From Candidatus Latescibacterota bacterium (GTDB lineage Bacteria; Latescibacterota; UBA2968): DNA of 64,000 bases. The notes beneath the pieces were generated by a model. That model was not told the DNA's origin. It saw only the letters and a program-made list of their open reading frames with translations, and ran no database searches. Below are positions 1-10,234 of the stretch, piece after piece (positions within the stretch are counted from its first letter, which is position 1; each line of letters opens with the position of its first letter). The translations under genes and the position numbers were made by a program. The stretch is from the NCBI GenBank assembly GCA_965208125.1, contig OZ242320.1, forward strand, positions 3,840,001-3,904,000, in the 5' to 3' direction.

Positions 1-110
1 TTTTTTAGGGGAATATCTAAGATAAATTGTTGAAAAACATTGTCTTGTTATTCTGGTGATAGGGACAGAGCAAGCGTAACCAATGAGGTATTTCAGCAAA
101 GGGGGAAATA

Positions 111-1499
111 ATGTCGAACACCGATATTGCGTTAATGGCCCACCTGATGCGTCGAGCCGGGTTTGGGGCCACGAGAACAGAACTGGAGGACTATGTCGAA
201 AAGGGCTACGAAAACGTCGTGGAAGACCTGGTTGAGCCGGAGCGCTGCGATCCCATAGATGAGGATATTTTAAGCCGCTATTTTGGCAGTTTTGAAGCGG
301 GATATGTGGAAAAATGGATGTATCGAATGATCCGCAGCAAGCGCCCGCTCGAAGAAAAGATGGCTCTTTTCTGGCATCACGTATTCGCCACCGGGCTTGG
401 AAAAAATCAGCATATCCTCGCCTCTGCCCGCCAGATCGATACCTTCCGGCGCGTGGGTCTTTCAAATATGCGGGAAATTCTGCTCGAGCTGTCCAAAGAT
501 CCGGCTATGATCTTCTGGTTGGATAACAATGAAAATCGCAAGGGCGAGCCTAATGAGAACTACGGCAGGGAGTTGTTGGAACTCTTCTCGATGGGCGTTG
601 GCAATTACACAGAAGACGATATTAAGAATTGTGCCCGCGCCTTTACGGGATGGACATTCGCGCAGCCGCCGCCCCTGTATCCGCAAGGCTATTACGATGC
701 GAAATTCGTTTTCCTCGAAGAAGACCACGATGATGGCGAGAAGACGTTTCTGGGGCATACGGGCAATTTCAACGGCGATGATATCATCGATATCATAGTC
801 GAACAGCCTGCCTGTGCCAAATTCATATCCAGGCACCTCTACAACTTTTTTGTCGCAGACGAGCCGCAGGTCCCATCCTGGCATGTGACTCCGCCGCAGG
901 ATCCCGATGCGATTGAAACCCTGTCAAACGCTTTCATGGAGTCGAAAGGCAATATGCGCCACATCCTGAGAACGCTCTTTAATTCTGATTTCTTCAAAGA
1001 CGCGCTCGGGAAAAAAGTGAAAAGTCCGACAGAACTCGTTACGGGCATCCTGAAGCTGATCGGCACCTATCAGCGTCCCGATCCAGGTATGGGAAGATAT
1101 TCGGGCGCTACCACGTTAATGGGGCAGAAATTGTTGGATCCTCCGACTGTGGAAGGCTGGCACACCGGTAGGGAATGGATTGATGGCGGCACACTGACCG
1201 AGCGCGTGAATTTCGCCGTTCGCGAGGTAAGTGATGCGTCCAGGCCGGGTATTGGCGAAATCATCAATCGGATCAAAGCCGAGGGGAGGGCACTCGCTCC
1301 TGATGAGTTCGTGGAAAAATGTCTGGATCTCGCAGGTCCTATGATCGTGAGTGATACGACCCGCGAATCTTTGAGCAAATTTGCGGAATCAGGTGGCGAT
1401 CTCGATCTATCTGCGGACAACGGATCTGAGGAGAGTACTGATCGCGTGATACAGATGCTGCAACTCATTGTCGCTTCGAGAGAATATCAATTTGCGTAG
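111..1499 (+). CDS. DUF1800 family protein
   Basis: AHLMRRAGFG N-terminus, LEEKMALFWHHVFAT, NENYGRELLELFSMG and ARAFTGW motifs; paired with downstream DUF1501; purine-rich RBS upstream. Confidence 0.9.
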   Translation: MSNTDIALMAHLMRRAGFGATRTELEDYVEKGYENVVEDLVEPERCDPIDEDILSRYFGSFEAGYVEKWMYRMIRSKRPLEEKMALFWHHVFATGLGKNQHILASARQIDTFRRVGLSNMREILLELSKDPAMIFWLDNNENRKGEPNENYGRELLELFSMGVGNYTEDDIKNCARAFTGWTFAQPPPLYPQGYYDAKFVFLEEDHDDGEKTFLGHTGNFNGDDIIDIIVEQPACAKFISRHLYNFFVADEPQVPSWHVTPPQDPDAIETLSNAFMESKGNMRHILRTLFNSDFFKDALGKKVKSPTELVTGILKLIGTYQRPDPGMGRYSGATTLMGQKLLDPPTVEGWHTGREWIDGGTLTERVNFAVREVSDASRPGIGEIINRIKAEGRALAPDEFVEKCLDLAGPMIVSDTTRESLSKFAESGGDLDLSADNGSEESTDRVIQMLQLIVASREYQFA

Positions 1500-1520
1500 C
1501 GCACGGAAAGGAGGAATAAA

Positions 1521-2657
1521 ATGGCTTATAGAGACCCGATCCTCGTCATTGTTGAGTTGAAGGGCGGCAATGACTTCATGAATACGATTATCCCTTATAC
1601 CAACGGCATATACCACGATTGTCGGCCCATTGTGGGGCTTCGTCAGGATGAGGTTTTGCCGATGAACGATACTCTGGCCTGGCATCCCAATACGGTGCCC
1701 CTGAAGGAGATGTTTGAGCAGGGTGATGTGGCGATTGTGCAGGGTATCGGGTATCCCGACTCGAGCCGATCGCATTTCAGGGCTATGGATGTCTGGCACA
1801 CGTGTGAACCCATAGATATCGGCACTGAAGGCTGGTTGGGCAGAGTGGTTCGAGATCTGGATCCGAAGGGGGAAAATGTCTTGACGGGCATTAACTTTGG
1901 AAAAGGACTTTCCAGGGCGCTGGCCGTTTCCGGCGTTCCCGTGACATCTGTTGACGATCTCGACAATTACGGCTTGATGACCAGCATCAAAGAAGATCCA
2001 AAGCGAATGCAGGCTATTGAAATATTCAAGACTATGTACGAACCTGCGATTGGTACGGGGGTGGTGATGGATTATCTTTCGCAAACGGGTCTGGATGTCA
2101 TCAGAGGTTCCGATGAGTTGAAGAAGGCTCCGGCAATGTATCAGTCCGATGTGGAGTACGGCAGCAATTCGATTGCGAAGGCACTGCGGGATGTCGCGCG
2201 TGTTCACCTTGCCGGTCTCGGCACAAGGATCTTTTACACGCAGCACGGGGGCTATGACCACCATGCAAATGAAATGCCGTCACATCCCAAGTTGCTGACG
2301 GAGTTATCGGAAGCAATCCGCGATTTCTTCCGGGATTTGCGAAACCACAATGCTTCACAAGAGATTGTCATGCTCGTTTTCTCAGAGTTTGGGCGACGCA
2401 TGAGGGATAACGCCAGTGGTACGGATCACGGTACAGGTGGCGGTGCCTTTATCATCGGTGATGGTGTGAATGGTGGGCTATATGCAGAATATCCCTCTCT
2501 TGACCCTTCTCGATGGGCCAATGGCGAAGACCTTGAGCATACAATTGACTTCCGCGGCATATACGCAACGCTCCTGGAGCAATGGATGGGAATGGATGCC
2601 ACCCCGATTGTGGATGGGACATTTGAACAGATCCAGCCTTTTAAAGAGGCCATGTGA
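1521..2657 (+). CDS. DUF1501 family protein, no Tat signal
   Basis: LKGGND, RSHF, GGYDHH, SEFGRR, GTDHG and DFRGIYATLL motifs; AGGAGG RBS. Confidence 0.9.
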   Translation: MAYRDPILVIVELKGGNDFMNTIIPYTNGIYHDCRPIVGLRQDEVLPMNDTLAWHPNTVPLKEMFEQGDVAIVQGIGYPDSSRSHFRAMDVWHTCEPIDIGTEGWLGRVVRDLDPKGENVLTGINFGKGLSRALAVSGVPVTSVDDLDNYGLMTSIKEDPKRMQAIEIFKTMYEPAIGTGVVMDYLSQTGLDVIRGSDELKKAPAMYQSDVEYGSNSIAKALRDVARVHLAGLGTRIFYTQHGGYDHHANEMPSHPKLLTELSEAIRDFFRDLRNHNASQEIVMLVFSEFGRRMRDNASGTDHGTGGGAFIIGDGVNGGLYAEYPSLDPSRWANGEDLEHTIDFRGIYATLLEQWMGMDATPIVDGTFEQIQPFKEAM

Positions 2658-2678
2658 TATTGAAAAGGGAGGTGAATT

Positions 2679-3674
2679 ATGGGCAGACCTTATGGCCTAT
2701 TGCGGGCAGGGTTCCCATTTTACAAGACTCTGGGTATGAGGCGGCTGACGAATTTTCCGATTGATATTGCCCTGGGCGAGGAAGGCTGTCTCTACATATT
2801 GTGTCGGAACAGAGATGCATCGACGATTAGAAAATACCATATTGATGACAAAGACTTGGGTACCGTTGGCCGTGGGCTTACGTGGGCGGTTTCAATTATT
2901 GCCGATAGCGAGGAGAATCTCTATGTCTCCGACGAGGCCGTGCATTGTATTTTGTCCTTTGACAAAGATGGCAAAGAGTTGGGGAAATGGGGTGAGCACG
3001 GCGATGGCGATGGACAACTGAACAGTCCGGCGGGTATCGCCTTCGATGCAGAAGAGAATATCTATGTTGCTGACAGCCTGAACCACAGAGTTCAGAAGTT
3101 TACCAAAGATGGTGAATGTATCTCAAAGTGGGGGAGGTTTGGCGATGGGGAGGGAGAGTTTAACATGCCCTGGGGGCTTACAGTGGATGAACTGGGCGAT
3201 GTTTATGTCGCAGATTGGCGGAATGATAGAATTCAGAAGTTCACTGGTGACGGGGAGTTTATCTTCGCGTTCGGGAAGTCGGGTGACGGAAATGGAGAGC
3301 TAAATAGGCCGACCGGTGTGGCCGTAGATGAGCATGGCGATATTTATGTTTCGGACTCGGGAAATGACCGGGTACAATTGTTCAATTCCGAGTCGAGGTA
3401 CGTGCAGAAATTTTTGGGGGATGCAACCCTGTCAACGGTCGCAATTGAATATATGATGACAAATGCCGGTCCAAATCGCCTGAGGGACATGGCAGACCTC
3501 GAGCCGCAAAAGTACTTTCGACGTCCGGGAGGGGTGGCTGTCAATGGAGATGGACTGATGTTTGTAGCGGACAATGGCTCCTATCGGGTGCAGGTCTATC
3601 AGAAGCAGGCCGTCCCGCTTACGGAAGAGCAATTTTCCGCGCCGAGACGTTCGCCTACACTTCACCAGGAATAG
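2679..3674 (+). CDS. NHL-repeat beta-propeller protein
   Basis: Repeated LNxPxGIAxDxxGxIYVADxxNxRVQKF units; GGAGGT RBS. Confidence 0.9.
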   Translation: MGRPYGLLRAGFPFYKTLGMRRLTNFPIDIALGEEGCLYILCRNRDASTIRKYHIDDKDLGTVGRGLTWAVSIIADSEENLYVSDEAVHCILSFDKDGKELGKWGEHGDGDGQLNSPAGIAFDAEENIYVADSLNHRVQKFTKDGECISKWGRFGDGEGEFNMPWGLTVDELGDVYVADWRNDRIQKFTGDGEFIFAFGKSGDGNGELNRPTGVAVDEHGDIYVSDSGNDRVQLFNSESRYVQKFLGDATLSTVAIEYMMTNAGPNRLRDMADLEPQKYFRRPGGVAVNGDGLMFVADNGSYRVQVYQKQAVPLTEEQFSAPRRSPTLHQE

Positions 3675-3695
3675 ACTGAACGCGTCGAATACGGA

Positions 3696-3726
3696 GGCCC
3701 TCAGTTTTCGCAGGGGGCCATTTTTT
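3696..3726 (+). terminator. Intrinsic terminator after NHL gene
   Basis: GGCCCTC...GGGGGCC stem (one G-U) followed by ATTTTTT. Confidence 0.6.
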
Positions 3727-3741
3727 ATAACTCGAATGGAA

Positions 3742-3774
3742 TTCCTATGCACAGATATCTTGTGTGCATAGGAA
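3742..3774. repeat. Perfect 12-bp inverted repeat
   Basis: TTCCTATGCACA (3742-3753), 9-nt spacer, TGTGCATAGGAA (3763-3774). Confidence 0.8.
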
Positions 3775-3794
3775 CCTGCCCGGCCCGTTATACG

Positions 3795-5762
3795 ATGAGC
3801 AATCCTTTACAGGCACACCATTTGTCGGCGAGAGAGCGAGAGTCATCGGTGCGCCCGGGCGCTATTGTCCTGGGGGTAGTGCTCACATTTTGCATCAACG
3901 GCTTCGACCCTGTCTCCCGTTACTTGATCCACTCTTCCTCATTCACACACAGCCAAATGCCCTTTGCCTTGCTGGTAGGGCTTCTGCTCCTGGGCTATCT
4001 CTACAATCCCCTCGTTCGAAGGCGGTTTCCCCGCCTCGCTTTGACGCGGCGGGATATGGCTGCCGTGCTCGCTATTGGGTTTCTCGGCACAACAGTACCC
4101 ACTCTGGCCCAGCGATTTGTAGCCGTGATTTCGGCTCCGGATTACTACGCTTCTCCCGAAAATGAATGGCCCACCTACACACTGCCCAACCTGCAGCGCT
4201 GGTTGTTCCCCAGCAATGCCGGAGATGGCGTTGGGATGTTCTATCGAGGGCTGGTTCCCGGTGCGCCTCTGCCCTGGGAGATATGGGTCGGTCCGCTTTT
4301 CTGGTGGTTTAGCCTGCTCATCGCGATCATGCTGGCCTGTTTTTGTCTCTCAGTCATTTTGCGAAAACAGTGGTCGGAAAGCGAGCGTCTGGCATTTCCC
4401 TTTGTCGAGCTTTCACTGATGCTGGTAGAGAATCCTGGTTCCGGACGGAACCTGCCCCAATTTTTTGGCCTGCCTCTTTTCTGGATCGGGTTTGCGATTC
4501 CGGCAATCATGCTTTTTTGGAATACAGCAGGCCACTTCTTTCCAGGCCTACCCACATTCGCATTTCTCAATATTAGAACACTGCTCCCCATCGGACGTGG
4601 ATTTATGCCTTTCTTTCTCCAGTTCGATTTCTACGTCATTTGTTTCGCCTATTTCACTACCCTGGAAATTCTCCTGTCGATGTGGTTTTTCCACATTTTG
4701 GGCATGTTGCAGGCAGGCATTTCCAACCGTATCGGGTTTGGTCCAAGAGGCTATGGTTCGGGGGTGATCTCTCAGAACAATTACGGCCTGATGGTTTTTG
4801 TGCTGTGGAGCCTCTGGATTGCACGCGGGCACATACGCAATGTCTGGCGCAAAGCAATTGGAAAAGGCCCCGAGGTAGATGATTCGACCGAATTGCTCTC
4901 CTATCGCACAGCATCCTTCGGTTTCATTCTTGCCAGCCTTTTCATTTTTTTTTGGCTCTGCAAAACCCAGATGAATCCGGGGGTGGCCGCGGCATTTATG
5001 TTTTTTAGCCTGATTCTCTATTTGGGGATGGCCAAGATCGTGGCGCTCAGCGGGTTGGTGTCTTTGCGGGGTTCGGGACCTACCGGACCCGTCAAAGGGT
5101 TGATCGGTATCTGGAATATGGATGATACGACGATTGCGGCTCTGAACCAGATGGGTACGCTTTACGGCAACGCAAAGGGATTTGCCATGCCAGGTGCAGC
5201 CAATGCCGCCAGGGCTGGCGATCACACCGATCCTCAAAGGCGCCGACTGGGCGGCGCAATTCTCATTGGCGGAATCCTCTCAATCCTCGCCTTTGTGATC
5301 ACCACCCTTATTTTGGGTTATTACGGGCCGGGAGCTGAGAATTTTGGAGACTACAGTTATACGCGAGGCAACCGGGCCTTTTTCAATTATACTGTTTCGG
5401 ATATCAAAGGGCGTCCAGATTCAGAACGGCAATGGTGGGACCTGGGCTTCGGAACCTTTGGAGCGGCGATGACCCTGCTGTTGATTTTTCTGAACCAGCG
5501 GTTTCCCTGGTGGCCTCTGCACCCGGTGGGATTTACAGTTTCTCTCCAGTATCCCACCCGCGCGTCCTTTTTTTCGGTATTTATCGCCTGGCTAATGAAA
5601 ATAATTGTGCTCAAAGTCGGCGGTATTGAGCTTTTTAACCGCTCTCGTGTTTTTATTTTTGGCGTCCTCATGGGCTATACGCTGGGTGTTCTGGTTTCTT
5701 TTGTTCTGGATATTTTCTTTTTTATGGGCCAGGGCCACCGCATGCACACACCGCCGCTGTAA
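3795..5762 (+). CDS. DUF6785/DUF6784-type polytopic membrane protein (putative transporter), copy 1
   Basis: Many TM helices; YYASPENEW, LRKQWSESERLAFP and FPWWPLHPVGF motifs; start placed at ATG 3795 by comparison with the two paralogues (track start 3747 lies inside the inverted repeat). Confidence 0.75.
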   Translation: MSNPLQAHHLSARERESSVRPGAIVLGVVLTFCINGFDPVSRYLIHSSSFTHSQMPFALLVGLLLLGYLYNPLVRRRFPRLALTRRDMAAVLAIGFLGTTVPTLAQRFVAVISAPDYYASPENEWPTYTLPNLQRWLFPSNAGDGVGMFYRGLVPGAPLPWEIWVGPLFWWFSLLIAIMLACFCLSVILRKQWSESERLAFPFVELSLMLVENPGSGRNLPQFFGLPLFWIGFAIPAIMLFWNTAGHFFPGLPTFAFLNIRTLLPIGRGFMPFFLQFDFYVICFAYFTTLEILLSMWFFHILGMLQAGISNRIGFGPRGYGSGVISQNNYGLMVFVLWSLWIARGHIRNVWRKAIGKGPEVDDSTELLSYRTASFGFILASLFIFFWLCKTQMNPGVAAAFMFFSLILYLGMAKIVALSGLVSLRGSGPTGPVKGLIGIWNMDDTTIAALNQMGTLYGNAKGFAMPGAANAARAGDHTDPQRRRLGGAILIGGILSILAFVITTLILGYYGPGAENFGDYSYTRGNRAFFNYTVSDIKGRPDSERQWWDLGFGTFGAAMTLLLIFLNQRFPWWPLHPVGFTVSLQYPTRASFFSVFIAWLMKIIVLKVGGIELFNRSRVFIFGVLMGYTLGVLVSFVLDIFFFMGQGHRMHTPPL

Positions 5763-5770
5763 TAACAAGC

Positions 5771-6529
5771 CTATGTCGATCTTTGACCCAGTTTGACGCG
5801 GTCGTACGAATCGGAATCATTTCGGACAATATCGAGTAACTGATCAACATACGCGCGAATTTGGAACAGACGGCACGAGGCGTCCCCAACCTTGCCGGTC
5901 TCCAAATTGCCTGACTGATCCCAGACTTCACCGAGTCGAATCCGGTCGAGCCAGATGAGTTCGGCATCGGGGTCTTCTTTCAGTCGCTCATTCCAGAACA
6001 TCACTTCTACGACATGGATATACGTGGATGATTGGTAGTCAACGCCGAGCATCAGGATTTTGCCGTTTTGTTTGTAGGCACGGATCATGGGGGAATTTGT
6101 ACCATACGTCTTTCCCCAGGGGGAACGGTCCCAGGGAGATGCCATGCCTTCCCCTGATAAATGACCAGCAACAAAATTTTTGGCGCCTTGTCCGCGTGCT
6201 GCCACGGAGTGGGAATAGTGGTCGGATCTGTGTGTCCCTGACATCAATCTGAAATACTCGGTTAACCAGCCGACTGAGGAATCTGTTTTTTCAACGTCCC
6301 AGGACTCCGCCCTCTGCTCTCGATCACCAATCAGATTGAATGATGGCATCAGGAGTAAGCCATCGTCACCCAGTGCGTTTTCAAGCGCGGCGATTACTGT
6401 TCCCGCACCACCCTGGACCATACCCAGGCTCTTGAATGAGGAGTGGACGAAGAGAATATCGCCAACCCCGACACCAAGGGTCTTTAGATCGTCACAAAGC
6501 TGCATTGCGGTGTATCCTAAATCGGGCAT
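5771..6529 (-). CDS. AAC(3)/Antibiotic_NAT family N-acetyltransferase-like protein
   Basis: VHSSFKSLG, LLMPSF, RSDHYSHSVAARG and ILMLGV...TYIHVVE motifs. Confidence 0.8.
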   Translation of the reverse strand: MPDLGYTAMQLCDDLKTLGVGVGDILFVHSSFKSLGMVQGGAGTVIAALENALGDDGLLLMPSFNLIGDREQRAESWDVEKTDSSVGWLTEYFRLMSGTHRSDHYSHSVAARGQGAKNFVAGHLSGEGMASPWDRSPWGKTYGTNSPMIRAYKQNGKILMLGVDYQSSTYIHVVEVMFWNERLKEDPDAELIWLDRIRLGEVWDQSGNLETGKVGDASCRLFQIRAYVDQLLDIVRNDSDSYDRVKLGQRST

Positions 6530-6554
6530 GTTATTTGTCGTTCCTTCTTTGTAT

Positions 6555-6598
6555 AAAAAAAGCGGAGAAACCCAGTAGATTTCTCCGCTCTCTTTTTT
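6555..6598 (-). terminator. Intrinsic (possibly bidirectional) terminator of the act-cox operon
   Basis: Perfect 10-bp stem AGCGGAGAAA (6561-6570) / TTTCTCCGCT (6580-6589), A-tract on left and T-tract on right. Confidence 0.8.
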
Positions 6599-6609
6599 GG
6601 TTCATCTCG

Positions 6610-6927
6610 TTACTGCAAATAGTGGCTCGCTGGCATGCCCAACCAGCCGCGACTGACGTAATCTGCCATTGCGAAGGCAAATAGGATCAGCAAGAACAGG
6701 ATACCTGCACCTGCGAGCAACCAGGTCAGTCGGCTGGCGTATTTGACGTGCATAAAAAACAGAATCACAATCGTGGCTTTTGTGCATGCGATGCCAAGTG
6801 CTACCACGTCGTTAAACATGCCCAATTCTTGATAAGCCACCCAAACCGTTAGCGCGGTTAAAAACATTAAGGAGGCAAATACCGCCAGATAAATGCGTAC
6901 AGTCGGGCCGTGGTGATCATCAGCCAT
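6610..6927 (-). CDS. ctaF: Cytochrome c oxidase subunit IV (caa3-type)
   Basis: Three TM helices, KATIVILFFMHVK motif; ATG at 6927 overlaps the subunit III stop (TGATG). Confidence 0.85.
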   Translation of the reverse strand: MADDHHGPTVRIYLAVFASLMFLTALTVWVAYQELGMFNDVVALGIACTKATIVILFFMHVKYASRLTWLLAGAGILFLLILFAFAMADYVSRGWLGMPASHYLQ

Positions 6928-7598
6928 CAGTGTCCTCCCTGTAAACCGAGAAGATAGAGCAGTGGAAATAGGAAAATCCAGACAATATCGACAAAGTGCC
7001 AATACAGACCAAATATTTCAATAGGGGCGTTGTATTCAGCCGTGTACGTCCCCTGTGCAGTTTTAACAAATACCCAGATCAACAGGCCAATGCCAATAAT
7101 CATATGCAGGGCATGCATCCCGGTCATTCCGAAATACAGAGAATAGAAGAGAGCCAGTTGGGGCGAGTTTTCACCGTGCGGATGCCATGCCAGACCGGGG
7201 ACCAAACCGTACTCGATTTTTGCGGAGTATTCAAAATATTTGACCACCAAAAAGGTAAGACCTAAGATTCCGGTCAGCGTCAGATAGACCAGTATCCCTC
7301 TCTTATTGCCTTCGTGCGACTTGTGTACGGCCATCGCCATTGTCAGGCTGCTGACAATCAATACTATGGTATTAAATGCTCCCAGAGGAATATCCAGGTG
7401 GCTACTGCCTTCAAAAAATGCCTCGGGATAATAGGATCGATAAATCAGATACGTCGCAAAAAAGCCTCCAAAAAACAGAATTTCCGTAATCAGAAAGCTC
7501 CACATGCCGATGACGGCGGATTCCTTCTGCTGCGGCATATCTTCGAACTGGTGGGCCAGTCCATGCGGGTGATCGTGATGTAATGCGTGATCGGCCAT
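6927..7598 (-). CDS. ctaE: Cytochrome c oxidase subunit III
   Basis: GMWSFLITEILFF, TGMHALHM and GLYWHFVDIVW motifs. Confidence 0.93.
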   Translation of the reverse strand: MADHALHHDHPHGLAHQFEDMPQQKESAVIGMWSFLITEILFFGGFFATYLIYRSYYPEAFFEGSSHLDIPLGAFNTIVLIVSSLTMAMAVHKSHEGNKRGILVYLTLTGILGLTFLVVKYFEYSAKIEYGLVPGLAWHPHGENSPQLALFYSLYFGMTGMHALHMIIGIGLLIWVFVKTAQGTYTAEYNAPIEIFGLYWHFVDIVWIFLFPLLYLLGLQGGH

Positions 7599-9229
7599 TA
7601 GTGCTCCTCAATTGGTCCGTACTCATAGGCTTCTTCTGTCACGAGAGGCGTTTCTTCAAAATTAAATGTGGGTGGTGGGGATGTCGTTTCCCACTCCAGG
7701 CCTTTGGCGCCCCAGGGGTTATCAGGTGCTTTTGGTCCCTTAAAAATTGACCATGTCAAATACGCGCCGGGGACCAGATATCCAAGGGCGAGAATTGACG
7801 CACCCATAGACGATGCCACATTCAAGACCTGAAATTCGTCGGGATAGACGTGATAACGCCTCGGCATGCCCATATACCCCAGAATGAACTGCGGGAAAAA
7901 CGTCAGATTAAAACCGAGAAATACCAGCAGGGCTGAAACGCGGCCCCAAATATCGGGAAACATTTTACCCGTAATTTTTGGCCACCAGAAGTGCATGCCC
8001 CCCATATATCCCATCACCTGACCGCCAACCATAATATAGTGGAAGTGCGCGACCACAAAATACGTGTCGTGCAGGTGAATATCCAGGCCCATACTCGACA
8101 AAAATAGCCCGGTCAAACCACCGACTAAAAACAAACCGAGATACCCATACACGTAAAACATTGAGGTATCATATACAATTGACCCCTTGTATAAGGTCGC
8201 TGTCCAGTTGAATGTTTTGATCGCAGAGGGTACTGCTACCAGAAATGTGATGATGGAGAACACCATGCCAGCATACGTCGATTGGCTGCTCACAAACATG
8301 TGGTGGCCCCATACCAGGAAGCCCAAAATTGCGATGGCCACACTTGAAAACGCGACAAATTCATATCCAAAGACGCGCTTGCGCGCAACAGAGGCCACCA
8401 TTTCGCTCATCACGCCCATTGAAGGCAAGATCATGATATAAACGGCTGGATGCGAATAGAACCAGAACAAATGCTGGAACAAAACGGGGTCGCCACCGAG
8501 GTTCGGATCGAAAAATCCAAATCCAAATCCGCGCTCGAGCATGAGCAGCACCAGCGTAATTGCGATAACGGGTGTGCCCAATAGCATAATCAAACTGGTG
8601 GCATAATGCGACCAGACAAACAGCGGCAGGCGGAACCAGGTCATCCCTGGCGCGCGCATGGTGTGGATCGTTACCACAAAGTTGAGGCCCGTCAGAATGG
8701 ACGAGAAACCCGCCATAAAAGCAGCCATAGCAGCCAGAATCACATTTGAGTTTGAATAGGTACTGCTATACGGCGTATAAAAAGTCCAGCCCGTATCAAC
8801 ACCGCCCCCAACCACGGCAATTGTTCCCAAAATTCCCGCGACGACATAAACATACCAGCTCAAAAGATTGACGCGCGGAAAAGCCAGGTCTTTTGCGCCA
8901 ACCATAATGGGAACTAAAAAGTTGCCAATGGTTGCGGGAATGGATGGCACCAAAAAGAAAAAGACCATAATGATGCCGTGCATTGAGAAAACTTTGTTAT
9001 AAGTATCCGAAGACATCAAATCGCCTTCGGGGGTCATCAGTTCAAAGCGAACCAGACTGGCAAATAACCCGCCCAGGGCGAAAAAGATGGAAATCGAAAT
9101 AATGTATAAAACGGCAATGCGCTTGTGGTCTCTGGTCAACAACCAGGACTTCAAGCCATAACCGTTATTCAGATAATTGACGCTCGGCGCATCTTCAGAA
9201 GCTTGAACATCTTGCTCGGTGATTGCCAT
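7598..9229 (-). CDS. ctaD: Cytochrome c oxidase subunit I, A2-type heme-copper oxidase
   Basis: [21 protein letters not shown] (YS motif), WGHHMF, VAHFHY and GMPRRY motifs. Confidence 0.97.
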   Translation of the reverse strand: MAITEQDVQASEDAPSVNYLNNGYGLKSWLLTRDHKRIAVLYIISISIFFALGGLFASLVRFELMTPEGDLMSSDTYNKVFSMHGIIMVFFFLVPSIPATIGNFLVPIMVGAKDLAFPRVNLLSWYVYVVAGILGTIAVVGGGVDTGWTFYTPYSSTYSNSNVILAAMAAFMAGFSSILTGLNFVVTIHTMRAPGMTWFRLPLFVWSHYATSLIMLLGTPVIAITLVLLMLERGFGFGFFDPNLGGDPVLFQHLFWFYSHPAVYIMILPSMGVMSEMVASVARKRVFGYEFVAFSSVAIAILGFLVWGHHMFVSSQSTYAGMVFSIITFLVAVPSAIKTFNWTATLYKGSIVYDTSMFYVYGYLGLFLVGGLTGLFLSSMGLDIHLHDTYFVVAHFHYIMVGGQVMGYMGGMHFWWPKITGKMFPDIWGRVSALLVFLGFNLTFFPQFILGYMGMPRRYHVYPDEFQVLNVASSMGASILALGYLVPGAYLTWSIFKGPKAPDNPWGAKGLEWETTSPPPTFNFEETPLVTEEAYEYGPIEEH

Positions 9230-9235
9230 GGCGCA

Positions 9236-10186
9236 TCACTCCATACTCGTGAGTTCGGGGGCTTTCAGCGATTTGATATAGGCGATTAACTGAATGATCC
9301 CTTCTTCGCTGATCTGACCTTTGAAAGTTGGCATAATGGGTTTGTATCCGGCCATGATCTTGGCGGAAGGGTTCAGAATTGATTCCCGAATATAGGCTTC
9401 GTCAACCAATGCAGTACCGCCGCCTTCCAGAGCCACTGTTTTGCCAAAAAGACCCGCCAGGGATGGTCCGCGTCCCGTCCCATCCATCTTGTGACAGGTA
9501 TGACAGGCGTATTGTTCAAATAATCTTTCTCCGGCTACTTCCATTGGCTCATTAGCAGTTCCGCCGGTTAACCAGGCTTCGTAATCTTGAGGTTCCAAGA
9601 CGTGTACTGTGCCAATCATACGGGAATGCTCGGTACCGCAAAATTCGGCGCAAAACAGATGATACGAACCGACCTGCGTCGCTTTAAACCACAGATTGGT
9701 ATATCGCCCGGGTACCACGTCTTTTTTTACGCGAAAAGCAGGGATATAAAAACTGTGCAGTACATCTTCCGATGTCATGGTCAGGCGCACCGATTCGCCC
9801 AGGGGTACGTGTAATTCGTTAATTTCCTTTTTGCCTTCTGGATGTTGCAATTTCCACATCCACTGTTTGCCCACTACATACATTTCCATGGCGTTTGGCG
9901 GGGGTGTAATGAGATGGAAATACAATACAGTTGCCCACACGAATACACCCAGTGCGAGCACCGCCGGAATGGCGGTCCAAAATATTTCGAGGCCGAGATG
10001 TCCCGCAATTTGTCGCGGCACTTCGTCGTCCGATTTGCGCTGATACTTAATGGCAAAAATAACTACCAGAATGACAACTACGAGCGCGAAAAACACGCAC
10101 AGTGCCAAAATGCCAAAATAAAGCGCATCAACGTGAAAGGCAAAACTCGAAGCTTGATCTGGAAAAAGAGGAAAATCAGTCTGCAT
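9236..10186 (-). CDS. ctaC: Cytochrome c oxidase subunit II with fused cytochrome c
   Basis: CuA ligands DVLHSF...CAEFCGTEHSRM; C-terminal CHTCH heme motif. Confidence 0.95.
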   Translation of the reverse strand: MQTDFPLFPDQASSFAFHVDALYFGILALCVFFALVVVILVVIFAIKYQRKSDDEVPRQIAGHLGLEIFWTAIPAVLALGVFVWATVLYFHLITPPPNAMEMYVVGKQWMWKLQHPEGKKEINELHVPLGESVRLTMTSEDVLHSFYIPAFRVKKDVVPGRYTNLWFKATQVGSYHLFCAEFCGTEHSRMIGTVHVLEPQDYEAWLTGGTANEPMEVAGERLFEQYACHTCHKMDGTGRGPSLAGLFGKTVALEGGGTALVDEAYIRESILNPSAKIMAGYKPIMPTFKGQISEEGIIQLIAYIKSLKAPELTSME

Positions 10187-10234
10187 GTGCCAACTCAGAA
10201 GTTAGAGGTCTGATGGACTTTTCTTGTTGAGGTG

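Noticed and set aside
5771-6529. Aminoglycoside resistance gene
   Set aside because: Only family-level motifs; no mobile or resistance context, so resistance is not supported
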